Shown: positions 12,529 through 27,538, counted from the first letter of the stretch. The stretch is DNA of 64,000 nt from Octopus vulgaris (GCA_951406725.2 OX597835.1:25420001-25484000); one strand, 5' to 3'. Notes: generated by a model not told the origin, from the sequence alone. Made by a program: numbers and translations.

Positions 12529-15500
12529 GTAAGTCTTTGAATTCTTAGTTACAATTCTCTTTTCTCATCAACTTTCCACTACTGACATTGTTAGATGTGG
12601 GTGTGGCCATGTGGTTAAGACACCTGCTTCTCAACTGCATGGTCTCAGGTTCAGTCCCACTGTGCAGCACCTCTAAGCAAGTGTATTTTATTATAGCTTT
12701 GGGCTAACCAATGCTTTGTGAATGGATTCGGTAGATGGAAACAGGAGCAAGCCTGTCATGTATATATGTCTTAGCAAACATCTCTTTAGCACTAATCTAA
12801 AATTTGGTTCACAAACTATACTAAAGTTGGAACCTACACTTCAGAACAGTTTGCCCTTGATGTCGGGGGCTTTAGTTGCATATGGTAGTCTGCAGTATTG
12901 ACAATTTGGGGAGGGTTAAAGGAGCCAGAGGAGGGTGTCAGAGACAGTATAGACTGAGTATAAATGATTTGGTTGATGTATAGAAATGAAAAGATCTGAT
13001 AAAAAGAGATTATGCAGTAGGCTTTGCTGGGACAGTTGATGGATGGAAAAGAATAGTGCTATGTTTATTTCTTTTCATTTGTTTAGCTTGTAAACATCTT
13101 GTGTCTTACTATTTTGAGAACACAGATTTAGTGGTAAGACAGTTTGACATCTATTTTTAGCATACAAGGGATCCATATAGTGATCTCATATTGTTTATGT
13201 TTAAATAAAATTTAGTCCCCGGACGTTTTTAAGTATCCTGACCACTAGTTGAAATTGATATTATTTAATAATATTAATTTCTACTCTTATTATTTTTGTC
13301 GTTAGTTTAACACCTGTTTTCAGTGTAAACAAGTTTTTAGTGTAACATCTTCCATAGTATTCATCATTATCATCACCGTTTAAAGTCCGGTCTCCATGCT
13401 GTCATGGGTCCAACGGTTTCACATGGAACTGGCTAACAGGGAGTCTGTCCAGATCCCAGTTGTCTGTCTTGGCTTGGTGCCTTTACACAGTACTGGGACA
13501 GGTGTTTCTATGCAGCACTGACACAGGTGTATTCACACAGCACTGGCACCAAATTTTAGCCCTAGCCAAGTTAGCAATTTGTGAGGAGGCGACTTGTTGA
13601 TTACATCGACCCACCCACCCCCACCCCACCCCTCGGGGCTCAACTGATGCTTATTTTATCAAACTCGAAAGGATGGAAGACAAAGCTGACCTCAGCAGAA
13701 TTTGAGCATAAAAATGGACGAAATGCCACCAAACATTTTGTCTGGCATACTAACAGTTCTGTCAGTTTGAGACCTTTTGCATCTTCCTCAATAATACTGT
13801 CAGTAGTAACTGCTTAGTTGAAAACTTTGTTCACTTGTCATAGCTTTTATTAAGTCAGCCTCTGACAACTGTTGTTTCCACCCTGCATGTATCACCCCCT
13901 CCTATCTACATTACAAGTTGTCCTCTGATTACCTTAAGTTAACTGTTTTGATACTAATCCACCTGAAACTGCATCTAGTTTTATGTTACAAGCTTCCTGT
14001 TGACCCTTTAGTATTTAAACCAGCCATATCAGGTGCAAATATTCTACCTGTTTTATTTTCAAACCAACCAGATCTGGCCTCTCACACCAACCCTAAAATA
14101 TCATTCCAAAAATTGACAGTTCCTCATCAAAATCTCAAAACGACAAGAAGCAAGAAGCGTCACTTCTCAGAGAATAATTATGAATGCTAATGAGTTGAAG
14201 TGATTTAAATTGAATCCTTCCTTCAAAATTTCGTGTTGATTTATATTCCAAAAACACCAGCTTAATAATGACAGTTATTTTATTAAATTCTTCATTATTT
14301 TAGAAATTAATTGAAGCAAGAGCAATATATTTCAACAGAAATACAATAACAAACGGGTTCAGTAATCGTTTTAATCTCATTTAATGACTTGGCTCAGTAT
14401 CAGTGGAATCTAACTGGAGGAGATATATCCCTCTCTTCTTTACTTGCTGTATTCCAAGCAAATATGTTAAGTATCAATAGAAGATAATAGCAGGAGGATT
14501 TAGAATCGCCATAACCAGCTTATCCATGGATTTGTTTAACAGAATTCATTCTGTTGTAAGTACCCACTTCCTCTGTATCAGGACTTCCATGGTTTTCCCT
14601 GCAGATGTTTTGGTTGGGCATCATCTACACAGCCAGGGACGATCTGTAAAGACTATGGTCAGGCCCTTCCTGTTCTGAGGTCATCCTTATCATTAAATGT
14701 CATCAACATTTAATGTCCGTTTTCCATGGGTTGAGTAACTTGACAGGATCTGGCAAGACCAGGATCTCATCAAGTTCCATAGTCTGTTTTGGTTTAGTTT
14801 CTACGGCTGGACGCCCTTCTTAATGCCAACCATTGCTTTTCCAATGGAGGCCTGGTTTGGACACATTATCATTGAGTCAGTTACTTCCCCACTTGGACAG
14901 ATCATGGATCACCTCTTGCTTGTGCATTTCATTTTTGGCGTGATTTTCTCTGGCCAGATTGCCTTTCCTCTCACCAAGTATACTGGATGCATTTTTCAAA
15001 GCATCAGTAGAGAGGCTGTCTTTGGTGAGACTAGAATCCTCTCTGCCAAATCGTAAAATATTAACAGGTTGTTGATAGTTTTAAAATATTGGCTTCATGT
15101 TTTGGCACAAGGCCAACAATTTCAGAAGAAAGGGGAAGTTGATTACATTGATCCCAGTGCTTAACTGGTACTCATTTTATTGACCCAAAAAAGATGAAAG
15201 GCAAAGTTGACCTCAGCGGAATTTGAATTCAGAACATAAAGATGGCCAAATTGTTGCTAAGTATTTTGCCTGGTGCACTAACAGTTTTGCCAGCTCACTA
15301 GCCTTGAAATATTAATAGGTCATTGGTAGTATGAAACTATTTACAGGCTGTAGATAGTATTAAAATATTGACGTACTATAGATGATTTTAAAATATTAAC
15401 AAGCTGTTGATAGTCTTAAACTATTTAAATGCTGTAGATTGTGTTAAAATATTAAAATAGATATTGAAAGGGAAAATGTCAATCGTGTGACATGCTATTT

Positions 15501-16160
15501 TTCCATGCTAGCATGGATTCACAAATACATTTTATCAAAACCAGATGCCCTTCTTGCCTGTTTTCAAGTTGGAGTTTTCATTCCATTCAACTTCAAAAGC
15601 ACAGATCTACCAGATAATTTGTTGGTAGGGAACTGACATCAGAACACACTGTCATTCTATAAAAATTTATATAAATAAAAAAATCCACTCAATTGATCAG
15701 TGGTCTTTGTACAGTTTCTGCCTACAAAATTCACTCAAGGCATCAGATAGTCCTGCACTGTAATAGTAAACACATGTTTGAGGTCCTGGGCAGTGTGACT
15801 GAACACGAAACCTCATAGCTGCAATGTAAACGTCTTAATCACACAGCCATCCCTGTGCTTATATATTTGTTTACTTGTGGCTTGGGTGTGTTCATATGTA
15901 TGTATGTATGTATGTATGTATATACACGCACACACACATATATAGAGTGCGATCTTCTAAAGCACGCAAATTAAAAACCTCAACAATTACGATTTATGCA
16001 GCATTTCCTTCAATATATCGATTAACCAGGCAACCATGACAAAACTTGTAGCCAGTTGTCAAGGTTATCTCTACAAATTTAGTATAGAAATTACAGCCAG
16101 CACTGATTGGTTTTTAGTACATTATCGTTGCATAACGACATATAATGTCCCTACAAGTCA

Positions 16161-16389
16161 TTAACCCTTCTTAGCATTTACACTGGCCAAATCCGGCCAA
16201 AATATTCTTCCTGTTTTATGCTCAAACTGGTCAGATCTGGTTTCTCACACTAACCCTACAATATCATTCTAAAAATTAAGTTACCTCATCAAGATCTCAA
16301 AGCTATAAGAAAACACATGATTAATTTAAAACAACGTGAATAAATAAACATTACTTTTGACAGAATGACGTGAATGCTAAAGGGTTTAA
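16161..16389. mobile_element. piggyBac-like MITE (TTAACCCTT...AAGGGTTAA family)
   Basis: TTAACCCTT and AAGGGTTTAA ends. Related copies at ~22200-22630, 29078-29297, 30456-30873, 31113-31341, 44320-44462 and 51050-51149. Confidence 0.65.
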
Positions 16390-16617
16390 AACATGTGTCG
16401 GTTGCCACTATGAAAAATAGAAAACATGACATGTTGAGTATTAATTCAGTCAGAGAAAGGTTTCAGAGCAAAACCAAGCAAAGTAAATAAAATAAATTTA
16501 CGATGTCTTCTTGATGCAGTTAACATTGATTTCTAATGTTAATTCAAGTCTGTAAGAGGGAACACTTGATCAAATTATAAACCCAGTCCTCCTGAGAAAT
16601 ATGACAGGAAATCCTGA

Positions 16618-16869
16618 CAGGGCTGTGGTGTTAGTCATAGAGTCGGAGTTGGAAATTATTAAGGGGTAGCTGGAGTCAGTCGGTAAAACTATATTGACTC
16701 CGACTCCGACTCGCAATATCTTTAATCTTTAAGATAAGCCAGTTATAAGATATAGGCCTACTCAAAGTACAAGGGTATGCATATGCTTTATGAGATATGT
16801 AGACCACAATCACTTAGTTACATGTAGTGGAGTTGGAGTCCGTTTTTTTGTTTTGACTCCACAGCCCTG
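16618..16869. mobile_element. hAT-like MITE
   Basis: TIRs CAGGGCTGTGG and CCACAGCCCTG, internal GGAGTC/GACTCC repeats, degenerate 8-bp TSD AATCCTGA/AAACCTAA. Confidence 0.65.
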
Positions 16870-17899
16870 AAACCTAATGAGATTTGAACTTAAAATACTT
16901 TGTGGGATTTGGTTAGCCTTCACATTCTGACTGGTGTTCTCAATTTTACCATCCCCAGCTTTTATAGAAATTAAATAATTATTTCTTAGATAACAAAGAG
17001 CTTTAAGTCTTTAGCGAGGGAGGATTGCATTTGGTTTTTATGGATCATAGTACATCATCATCTGTTTTCCATGCTGGCATGGGTTGTACGGTTTGACAAG
17101 AGCCAACCAGCTAAAGGGCTGTTCAGAGTCCCTGTCCTATGGCTGGATGCCATTCCTAACACCAACCACTTTACAGAGTGTACTGAGTGCTCTTTATTTG
17201 GCACCAGAACCTATGAGCCCATAAGATTAAGGAAGCTCAGCTGGAGAGGGTTTCAGGGGACAAGCCTGTATGCAATCACACTTTGGTAATTTTTATCAAC
17301 CCTTGAAGGATGATCCAGGCATGATTTGAACTTAGAATATAACAGATAATTAAATACTGCAAGGTGCAAGCATAGTTGTGTGGTTAAGTTTGCTTTATAG
17401 TTGTGTAGTTTTGGGTTCAGTTCCACTGTGTGACATCTCAGGCAACCATCTTTTACTACTACCCCAAACTGACCAAAAGACTTTTGGTCAGCTCAGGGGC
17501 TTATAGTATCTTATTTACAGAAACTGAAAAAGAATCCCATTGTGTATGTGTGTTTGTGGCACCTTTTTTGGGGGTGGGGGTGGGGTGTCTAGGTTAGGCA
17601 AAAAATAAGTATTATTTAGCCTAGAAGCAGGTAATGTTTGGCTGTAGGAAGAGCATCTGACTAGAAAACTCTTCCTTTTCATATCGTGTCTGACTCAATG
17701 CCAGCAAAGAAAAGTAAGTGCTAAAATGATTACAGTGAAGACCATTTCGGCCAGCACTCTACCATCTGTATCAACTATCACAGCAATTTTTCAATCTTTT
17801 TGAATTCATACCATATTAAATAAGATATTGGTGGACCTCAGTAATAAGATTTATAAAGGAAACAAACCAACAAACTTCTAAAAGTCAGGAATTGTTCCA

Positions 17900-18520
17900 C
17901 TTTTCAAAAGAAAGGTTATCTTCACCTACACCAAAACTACAGAGGAACTACATCCTCACATCTAACTTTAACTCTATGCTCCTTAATAGAATTTCCCTTC
18001 ATATAGACCCTGTCCTAAGATGGAGCCAGAGGTTCTGCGAAGTAGATCAACATTGTCACAAATCCTTGCCTTTTGAAGTATTATAGAAGGGTTTGGAATC
18101 TCCAAGTGAAGGACATTGGTCATATTTGTGGATTTCTCCAAAACATTTGATAGTGTTAACAGAAAAGCTGTTACCATTTAGCTTGTTGGACTATATTGTC
18201 CCAGATAAGATTGTCCAATCCATCCCACTCATGTAGCAAACTTTGTGCAAGGTACAGGTAACTCAGCTAAAGGATTTCTAGCAACAGCAGAAATTCTTCA
18301 CTGAGACACTCCAGCTCCTTTTGTCTTTGCCTCAGGGTGTAGTCCATGACAGTTACAAAGTCTCGTACCCCCCGCCCCACCCAAGACGAAGCAATGACAT
18401 CATCAGAACATGTCTATCTGACTTTGATTATGCTGATGGCTTTACCCTCATAGCTCACCGACAGTGTGATGTGCAAGACTTGATAGCTCTTGAGAATGCT
18501 GCAGATGGTGTGAATGGCTA
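17900..18520 (+). mobile_element. Degenerate LINE reverse-transcriptase fragment
   Basis: Remnant motifs FVDFSKTFDSVNR (~18125-18165) and LSDFDYADGF (YADD-like, ~18415-18445). Confidence 0.65.
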
Positions 18521-19759
18521 AGATCCTTTTCAATGTGTGGTTTACAAACATTCTTTGTCCTGCAGTAAAAAGGTACAGTATCAGACATATTTCCAATAAA
18601 GCATTGCTTCTTTTAGACAATGCACTGAGCCACGCCCAGTGAACTTAGATGACCTTTCTGATAATGTGAGAGTAGAGTATATCTGCAAGAATACTTTTTT
18701 GCTCCAGCTAATGGTCAAGGTGAAATAGTTAACTTCAAGGTATATTATATGAGAAGTTGGACTGTTTTGCAATGCAACGGAAACTGGATACATCAAAATG
18801 TGAGCCACCTTCCAATTTGATTCAACGATGGTGTACAACTCGAAGTCCAATGATCTTTAAGGATCTTAGTTCCTAAATTGCTGATAGGAAGAAAGACTTC
18901 TTTATACACAAAGAACTAGTTTGGAGTGTTTGTGACAAGCTTCAGAACATCTGGTAATTGAGTATTTCAAAGTCAACAAGTCTTTCCTTCTTCAGGGTAT
19001 GTATAGGGAGCAGTTTTCTCTGTGGAGCTGAAATCTGAACTTCAAAGGAGCTTCAAAATCACCGTGATGATATATACATCATATGTTAGTGTTATCATGA
19101 GAGCTTAAAACAAGGCTGAAGAGGAAATTCCACCCATCTCTACTATTATTGCTTAACATGGGGTAGGCTTGTTCACCATTGCTATCATGCTGATCAGTGT
19201 TATATTCAGAGGCTACCCCACACCTGAATAACAAGCAAAGGCCACTTAGCTTCATTGATGTTATTGGCAGAGACACAGTAACATGGAAATGAAGATCTAT
19301 CAAAACTAACTTAGGATAGAGATTTCCTGGCACAGAATTGTGAGATGTGTGTGTGTGTGTGTGATAATTGTCTTGGGCAATATGCCAACAGTTAAAAATC
19401 AAGACAGAAAGCAAATGAAGAGTATAAAGTGGTAAGAGCAGTTTATTCCAAAATCTGTATCTGACATAGATACATGCTTAGGATAACAATAAAGTACAGG
19501 AAACTGATCAAATATCAATATCAGTGACTGAGAAATTTATACTCCACCACCCACACATACCCTTAACCATGCTAGGGTGGTACTTTTAGTGGCACCATTT
19601 TATGGCTGGATGTCCTTCTTGATGCCATAACTTTTGGTCACCTTTTGGAGGACGCAACATTATGACATATTTATTTAAAAAACCGAGATACATTCCAAGT
19701 TATCCATATTAAATTTAGATTGCTAGAAATGCTGTCCTTTCCTATTTCACCAATCCATC

Positions 19760-20046
19760 GAGCGTAATCGTTACTAACGCCGCCTTACTGGCACCTGTGC
19801 CAGTGGCATGTGTAAAAAGAATCGAGCGAGGTCATCGCCAGTACCGCCTGACTGGCCCCTTGCCGGTGGCACGTAAAAAAGCACCCACTACACTCTGAGT
19901 GGTTGGCGTTAGGAAAGGCATCCAGCTGTAGAGACTCTGCTAGATCAAGATTGGAGCCTGGTGCAGCCGTCTGGTTCACCAGCCCTCAGTCAAAATCATC
20001 CAACCCATGCTAGCATGGAAGGTGGACGTTAAACGATGATGATGAT
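19760..20046 (+). mobile_element. RTE-tail repeat with (GAT)n tail
   Basis: Family body ending GACGTTAAACGATGATGATGAT. Confidence 0.75.
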
Positions 20047-20234
20047 CTGAAACCACTTCTTAGAAACACTTAATTTAAATGTTCATATTGAGATTAAAAT
20101 GTTCCCTCATAATTTTATGGAAGGGCTTTTCATTAAATATAACAAAAATGTTATTTTATTAAGTGCCTTCAGATTCTTGATTATTATCAAAATTAACCTT
20201 TTTGTTGCCGTCTTTCATCATTATTGTCATTCAA

Positions 20235-20570
20235 CATCATCATCGTCGTTAAACGTCCGCTTTCCATGCTAGCATGGGTTGGACGAATGACTGAGGGCTG
20301 GCGAACCAGATGGCTGCACCAGGCTTCAATCTTGATCTGGCAGAGTTTCTATAGCTGGATGCCCTTCCTAACGCCAACCATTCCGAGAGTGTAGTGGGTG
20401 CTTTTACATGCCATTGGCACAGGGTCAGTCGGGCGGTACTGGCAACGACCTCGCTCGAATCTTTTACACATGCCACCGGCACAGGTGCCAGTAAGGTGAT
20501 GCTGGTAACGATCACACTCGAATGGTGTCTTTTACATGCCACTGACACTGAGGCCAGATAGCTGCTCTGG
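20235..20570 (-). mobile_element. RTE-tail repeat, inverted relative to 19760-20046
   Basis: Reverse complement of the preceding copy. Confidence 0.75.
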
Positions 20571-21454
20571 CAACAATTACTGTAATTAATTTCGAAATAA
20601 CTACCATTATTAAGCTGGTGTTTGGAAACACAAATCAGTATGAAATTTTGATGGAAGTTTTAATTTAAGTCATTTATTCACTTTTCCACTTTACTGGAAA
20701 TGTGTCTCTGGTGTGTTAATATCAAGAGTTAATTGAAATACATAAGGTGGTGCATTTCATTCGGAAAATTTGGTCGCAGAAGGGGTTTGGACAGTAAGGT
20801 GTGATTTGAGGGAGATTGAACTTTGCTTCCTAGCAGGCCTCGGGACAGTCTGCAAGCTGCTGGTGTTAATAGTACTTTAGCCTAGGTCAACTATGATAGT
20901 TATTCATTAGTTAACTCTTTTCCATCCAAATTACTGTCAAATGTAATGCTTATTTATTCACATTGTTTTGAATTAATCTTGCATCATCTCATAGCTTTGA
21001 GAATTCAGTGATGTCATTGTATATTTCTAGAATGACATTGAAAGATGAGTGTGAGAGACCAGATCTGGCTGGTTTGAACATGAACCTGGTAGTATATTTG
21101 GGCAAGATATAATCTGTTTTAAATGCTTAAGATGTTGTGACCATTTTTTTCTTCTTCTCTACTTTAGATATGTATCAAGGACAGCATTATTCAGTGTATC
21201 TATCATTTTTGAGACAATAGTGTGATTTTGAATTGAGGGGTATTTGGCTGTTATTGCTAGTACGTTGAGTGCATGTAGGGGCTTGTTCATTCAGTGAGGT
21301 ATGGCATGACTGAAATAGTAGATCCGTGTGCTCAATCAGCAACTTGCATTGAACTGACCAGGACTGCACATTTAACCCTTTTGATAATCAACTTGCCTGA
21401 GACTGCCTTAGTTCTGTGATACAAACTTCTTAACATTTAATTGGGGTGGGGGGT

Positions 21455-21785
21455 AAAGACTCCCTTTGGTTATGAATGACCATGGGATTGCACCTAGAAA
21501 GCTCTCCTCTGAGGCACAAGCTCAGGCAAGTTTTGTTTTATGGAAGACCAGCAGTCGCCCATGCATACCGGCCTCCCCTCTCCATGCCACCGATGTTATC
21601 CAAGGGAAAGGCAAAGGCTAATACAGCTTGGCACCAGTGATGTCACAACTCATTTCTACAGCTGAGTGAACAAGAGCAACATGAAATAGTCTTGCTCAAG
21701 AGCACAACACGCAGCCTGGTCTGGGAATCGAACTCACTACCTCACGATTGTGAGCCAGGTGTTCTAACCAATGAGCCATGTACCT
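21455..21785 (-). mobile_element. tRNA-derived SINE (family C)
   Basis: Similar copies at ~31957-32282 (-), 47750-48050 (+) and 49390-49855 (+). tRNA-like head TGGTTAGAAC...GAGTTCGATTCCC. Confidence 0.7.
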
Positions 21786-21808
21786 TCCCCTTTAGTATTC
21801 AGACTATC

Positions 21809-22193
21809 TTTACTCTCTTTTACTTGTTTCAGTCCTTTGACTGTGGCCATGCTGGAGCACCGCCTTTAGTCGAACAAATCGACCCCAGGACTTATTCTTT
21901 GTAAGCCTAGTACTTATTCTATCGGTCTCTTTGCCGAACCACTAAGTTACGGGGACGTAAACACACCAGCACCGGTTGTCAAGCGATGTTGGGGAGACAA
22001 ACACAGACACACAAACAAATATACATATATACGACGGGCTTCTTTCAGTTTCCGTCTACCAAATCCACTCACAAGGCTTTGGTCTGCCCGAGGCTATAGT
22101 AGAAGACACTTGCCCAAAGTGCCACGCAGTGGGACTGAACCCAGAACCATGTGGTTGGTAAGCAAGCTACTTACCACACAGCCACTCCTGCGC
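21809..22193 (-). mobile_element. tRNA-derived SINE (family A)
   Basis: Full-length match to family A. Confidence 0.8.
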
Positions 22194-25100
22194 CTTGCTC
22201 AAGATATGACTGGTCATATCTGGCTCAAATATTCTACCTAGTTTCTGTTCAGACCAACCAGATCCAGCCTCTTATACCTACCCTACAATTTCATTTTAAA
22301 AAGCTACTGTCACATCATTGAAACTTTGAAGCTGCGAGATAATGTCTAATTTGAAACAATGTGAATAAATAAGCATTACATTTGACAGAATACCGTGAAT
22401 GTTAACAGGTTAAACTGGTTGTATCCTGCCCAAATGTTCTACCAGCTAATTCATTTAAATCAGCCAGATCCTGCCTCTCACACCTATCTTACCATGTCAT
22501 TCTAAAAATAAGCATTTACATCATCAAAATCTTGAAGCTATAGGATAATGCATGATTAATTGAAAATGATAAGAATAAATAAGCATTACGTTTGAATGTA
22601 ATTTGAATCTTAAAAAGTTATCTTAATACTGTTTTAATGCCTTATTACTTAACACACTCACCAGTTTGATTTCCACTCATTCATTTTTTTTTTCTTCTAA
22701 AATTTTCATTGCTTCTTGCATACAAGCTCTTCAATAATCTTAATACCTATTTCTTTACTACCCACAAGGGGCTACACATAGAGGGGACAAACAAGGAAAG
22801 ACATAAGTATTAAGTCGATTACATCGACCCCAGTGCATAACTGGTACTTAATTATCAACCCCGAAACGATGAAAGGCAAAGTCAACCTCGGCGGAATTTG
22901 AACTCAGAACCTAACGGCAGACGAAATACGGCTGTGCATTTCGCCTGGCGTGCTAATGTTTCTGCCAGGTCGCCGCCTTTACCAGCTGGACGGGACAGCA
23001 GTCCATCGCAGCGTTGCTCACTTTTACCAGCTGAGTGGACTGGAGCAACGCGAAATGAAGTGTTTTGCTCAAGAACACAGCGCGTTGCCCGGTCCAGGAA
23101 TCGAAACCACAATCTTATGATCATGATGCTGACACCCTAACTACTAAGCCACGTGCCTCCACAATAATCTTAATACCTTCCATCAGAATTTCACACTGTC
23201 GTGTTCTAAACTCCTTATATATAATGACAACTATTCTTACTACATTCTTATATATGTAGCATATAAGTCTTTCGTTCTTTGCTTAGTAGCCATTCGGATT
23301 GAGACATACATAATGTGATATCTAGAGCCATAGAACCCCTGAAACTCAATACCACCCATGACATGAACTGGCGGTGGTGATGGGGTGGGGTGAAGAACAT
23401 GGAGGTTTACTTTTTGACTATAGTTTAAATATACAGCAGTAATATATCCAATTTATATTTTATAGTGTTTGTTTGCTGTTTATTTATTAATAGTCTTAAT
23501 GAAATCTCACTATATATTATGTATGTATTCGTGTGTGTGTGTGTGTGTATGTATGTATATATATATATTCTCAGAGTGGTTGGCGTTAGGAAGGGCATCC
23601 AGCTGTAGAAACTCTGCCAGATCAAGATTGGAGCCTGGTGCAGCCATCTGGTTCACCAGTCCTCAGTCAAATCGTCCAACCCATGCCAGCATGGAAAACG
23701 GACGTTAAACGATGATGATGATGATTCTTCATTAGTTTCAAAAGTAATTAAAACAAAGCCAGTGCATTTTAATTGAAATATGAGAATGAAAGTGTCAACA
23801 GTTTGGTGGTTTCTTGTCTGAGCGTCGAACTCTAATAAAAACAGTGATGGACTCCCAAGTTTATTTTGGCATATCAGCATCCAGTCATTCAATTAACTGG
23901 ACAAATTGCTCATCAAATCGGCATAAGAAGTGGCTGAGTATTCCATTTACATGTACAAATCCACCTGATGGGCTTCTGTACAGTTTCCTTCTACAAAAGT
24001 TCGCTCACAAGGTTTGAGTTGATCCAAGGCAATAGCAAATGCACTTGCTTGATCTGTTACAGTGTGAGATTGAACCCAGGGTCTTGTGGTTTGTGAAGCA
24101 AATTTCTTAACCACTTGGTTGTGGCTGTGTGATGAAAGCTTAGTAAAGTAGAATTAGTTCATCATTTAGATATAACAGCAAAAATTAATCACCGGTAATT
24201 GGAAATATATCAACACACACACACACATCTTCTGATGATTATTGCAATTGGTTGATCAATGGAACTAATCGGTCCATCGTTGTTGTTGTCATCGCTGTTG
24301 CCTCCAACCTCATCATTTAACATCCATCTTCCTTACCGATAATGGGTTGGATGGTTTAACAGGAACTGGCAAGCTGGAGGACTGCACCAAGCTCCACCTC
24401 CTGTTTTGGCATGGTTGCTATGGCTGGATGCCCTTCCTAATTCCAACCAGTTTTCAGAGTGACCTATTCAGTGCTTCATATTTTAAAGGACCACTACTCT
24501 TAGACATAATCCTTACACAAAATCAACATGACACAGTGTGTGTGTATGTGTGTTGGGGTTGGGCTGGCACTTTAAGTTACAGGTGACTTCTTGGTTTGAA
24601 TGGTTTCCGCACAATTTCTGAGTACCCAACTTCACCCATGAGAGTTGGATTGTCCCCAAGTTACAGTAGAAGTCCTTTGCTTATGCCACCAAGTAATGGG
24701 ATTGAAACTGGGACCACTTGATTACAAGAGCCCCACACACACACACACACACACTCACTGTCTACAAAGACTGTAGTAAAAATGTCGAAGGTGGGGGGGG
24801 ATCACAGTATAAAAATGTATCCTTATTGATTTAAGCATAATTTGGCAAAATCAAGACTATTCATTAATTATTTAATAATTAGTTACTAATTTTCTCTTAA
24901 CGAAATCAAGCAAAACTTTCTCAACACCTTCTGTGTGTGTATAAAACACACACACACACACACACACCAACAGAGAGGGGTACATGAAAAAGAGAATGTG
25001 TGATTCTACTGTTTCTTTACTTTTTAAGCCTGTGTATTTAATTTGAAGTAATGTTTTGTTGGGGATAAATTAACATTCTATATTATGTTTAGTTGAGGAA

Positions 25101-25219
25101 ATTCATTATCTAACTGCTCTTTATTTTAACTCGGTTTATTGTTATTAAGCCAAGACTGCTACTTCCTGTCTGATTTCTTCCTTTCAGATTTCTGGCTCCA
25201 CTTAAATGACTGTTGGTGC

Positions 25220-25255
<36 letters not shown>

Positions 25256-25479
25256 TACCCAGACACATGGACATATCCATAAGCATGTATTAAGTTGGTT
25301 TTGTTGTTGTGTATGTAGTTTCTGGTTTGATCTTGCTACACAGCACCTTAGAGTGTCTTTTGTCATAACTCCAGCTTGACCATTTCTTAGCCTATTGAAT
25401 TTGGTAGGCCGAAATTGTGTAGAGGCCAAACACATATACATATTGTTTGTGCCCACTTTACACATGCTTGCATGGGTCA

Positions 25480-26830
25480 GACAGAATTTTGTTGAGATAA
25501 CTTTTCTCTGCGACACAAGCAGCTCAATCGCATTGTCCTCTGTAACTTCTTCAAATCCTACATCCTTTGCGAGTGTCACAAAATCTTTCCAAATTTGATG
25601 TAGACTTTCTGCTTGAGGAAGACTCATAATGTCATAGATGCACTCTGGTCGTATGCTTTTTCCAGTGCTATTCAAAGTTGAAAGTTTCCCCATCGTCCCA
25701 TGACTCAACTGTACTGCTTACAGCATCCTTTATGTTGAATTTCTCCCAGAAATCTCCTAAGTGTAGGTTTATCCTCCTTGTCAATTGCTTTCAGAAGTTG
25801 TTTGAAAGTTCTTCTCATGTAATATTCATCATCATCATCGTTTAACGTCCGTTCTCCATGCTAGCATGGGTTGGACGGTTCGACCGGGGATCTGGGAAGC
25901 TAGAAGGCTGCACCAGGCTCCAGTCTGATCTGGCAGTGCTTCTACAGCTGGATGCCCTTCCTAACGCCAACCACTCCGTGAGTGTAGTGGATGTTTTTTA
26001 CGTGCCACCAGCACAGGTGCCAGGCAAGGCTGGCAATTTTGAAGTTAACTATCACACTTTGATCCATTTTCTGGATCAATGAAGTTGTTTTCTTGAAGGA
26101 TATATTCTACTCTCACATTATCAAAAAGGTCATCTAAGTTCGCTAGGTGGCTTTGTGCATTGTCTAAAAGAAGCAATGCTTTGTTGGACATACATCTGAC
26201 ACTGTACCGTTCTATTGCAAGACAAAAAAAAAAATTTGTAAACCATTCTTTGGAAAGTCTCTTAGTTATCCATACCATCTTATTCGAATGTCAAATCAGA
26301 GGTAGATTAAATTTTGTGCAACCCTTGAAAAATCCTTAGATTTTCAGAGTGATACACATGTAGTGGCTTTAACTTCATATCGCCTCTGGCATTTCCTCCC
26401 AAAAGAAGTGTCAGGCAATTTTTGGAAGCATTAAATCCTGGTGTTGATTTTTTTTTTTTTCCCCTCTTCCAGAAAAGTACAGTCTCATCAACGTTGTATA
26501 CTTGCTCTGGTCTGTAGCCTCCTTAACTGCTCTGGATAATTAATAACAGCTTCTGTATCAATGCTCATAGTTTCACCAGTCATTTTTTTGTTGAGCAAAT
26601 TCATGTGCTTCGGGTTTCTTATTCGAAGTTTCACCTTCCCTTTTCTGCAAATCATATAAACTTTCGGTTCTCTTTTTAATTATCGTGTTTATCAGCACAT
26701 TACACCAATTCTGATCCTCAATCCATATACTCACAAGTTTCATTTTAAGCATTGTATTAGATCTTTGGGAAAATAAGGTCCAGACAGTTAACAGAGTAGC
26801 TTTTTAAGCACTTGACATAGTTTTCTCCAT
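25480..26830 (-). mobile_element. Tigger/pogo-like (CENP-B-type DDE) transposase remnant, interrupted by an RTE-tail repeat at ~25826-26040
   Basis: Minus-strand motifs GYRPEQVYNVDET, CLTLLLGGNARGDMKLKP, KALLLLDNAQSH and LAKDVGFEEVTEDNAIELL, with frameshifts. Confidence 0.8.
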
Positions 26831-27009
26831 GCTATCGCATACTGCTACCCCTATAGATGTTGGTAAGCTGTAATGTTTTGACAATATAACATAGGTTTAT
26901 TTCCACATCAAGTTTGATGTCCAGTGCAATCTCTTCATGGCTCCATTTCACACTACTACCTTAGGGTAATTACCCACAACAAATATTTTTACGTTTTTTA
27001 CTTTTTTTT

Positions 27010-27387
27010 TACTTGTTTCAGTCATTTGACTGTGGCCATGCTGAAGCACCACCTTTAGTCGAGCAAATTGACCCCAGGACTTATTCTTTTGTAAGCCCAG
27101 TACTTATTCTATCGGTCTCTTTTGCCGAACCGCTAAGTTACGGGGACGTAAACACATCAGCATCGGTTGTCAAGTGATGTTGGGGGGACAAACACAAACA
27201 CACACATATATATACATATATATGACAGGCTTCTTTCAGTTTCCGTCTACCAAATCCACTCACAAGGCTTTGGTCATCCCGAGGCTATGGCAGAAGACAC
27301 TTGCCAAAGGTGCCACGCAGTGGGACCGAACCCGGAACCATGTGGTTTGTAAGCAAGCTACTTACCACACAGCCACTCCTACGCCTA
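27010..27387 (-). mobile_element. tRNA-derived SINE (family A)
   Basis: Full-length match to family A. Confidence 0.8.
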
Positions 27388-27499
27388 TTATGTAGTAGAA
27401 ATGTTTTAAATTGGCCCAGGAAAGATTTGCTTTGTGAGAGCAGAAAATTATCTTATTCCTATGAATGAGATGAGAAGGTGAAGGACCGAGGAAGAGAAA

Positions 27500-27538
<39 letters not shown>

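Noticed and set aside
17469-17491. Small perfect hairpin CTGACCAAAAG-A-CTTTTGGTCAG
   Set aside because: It is a local inversion inside a decayed SINE and too short to imply function.
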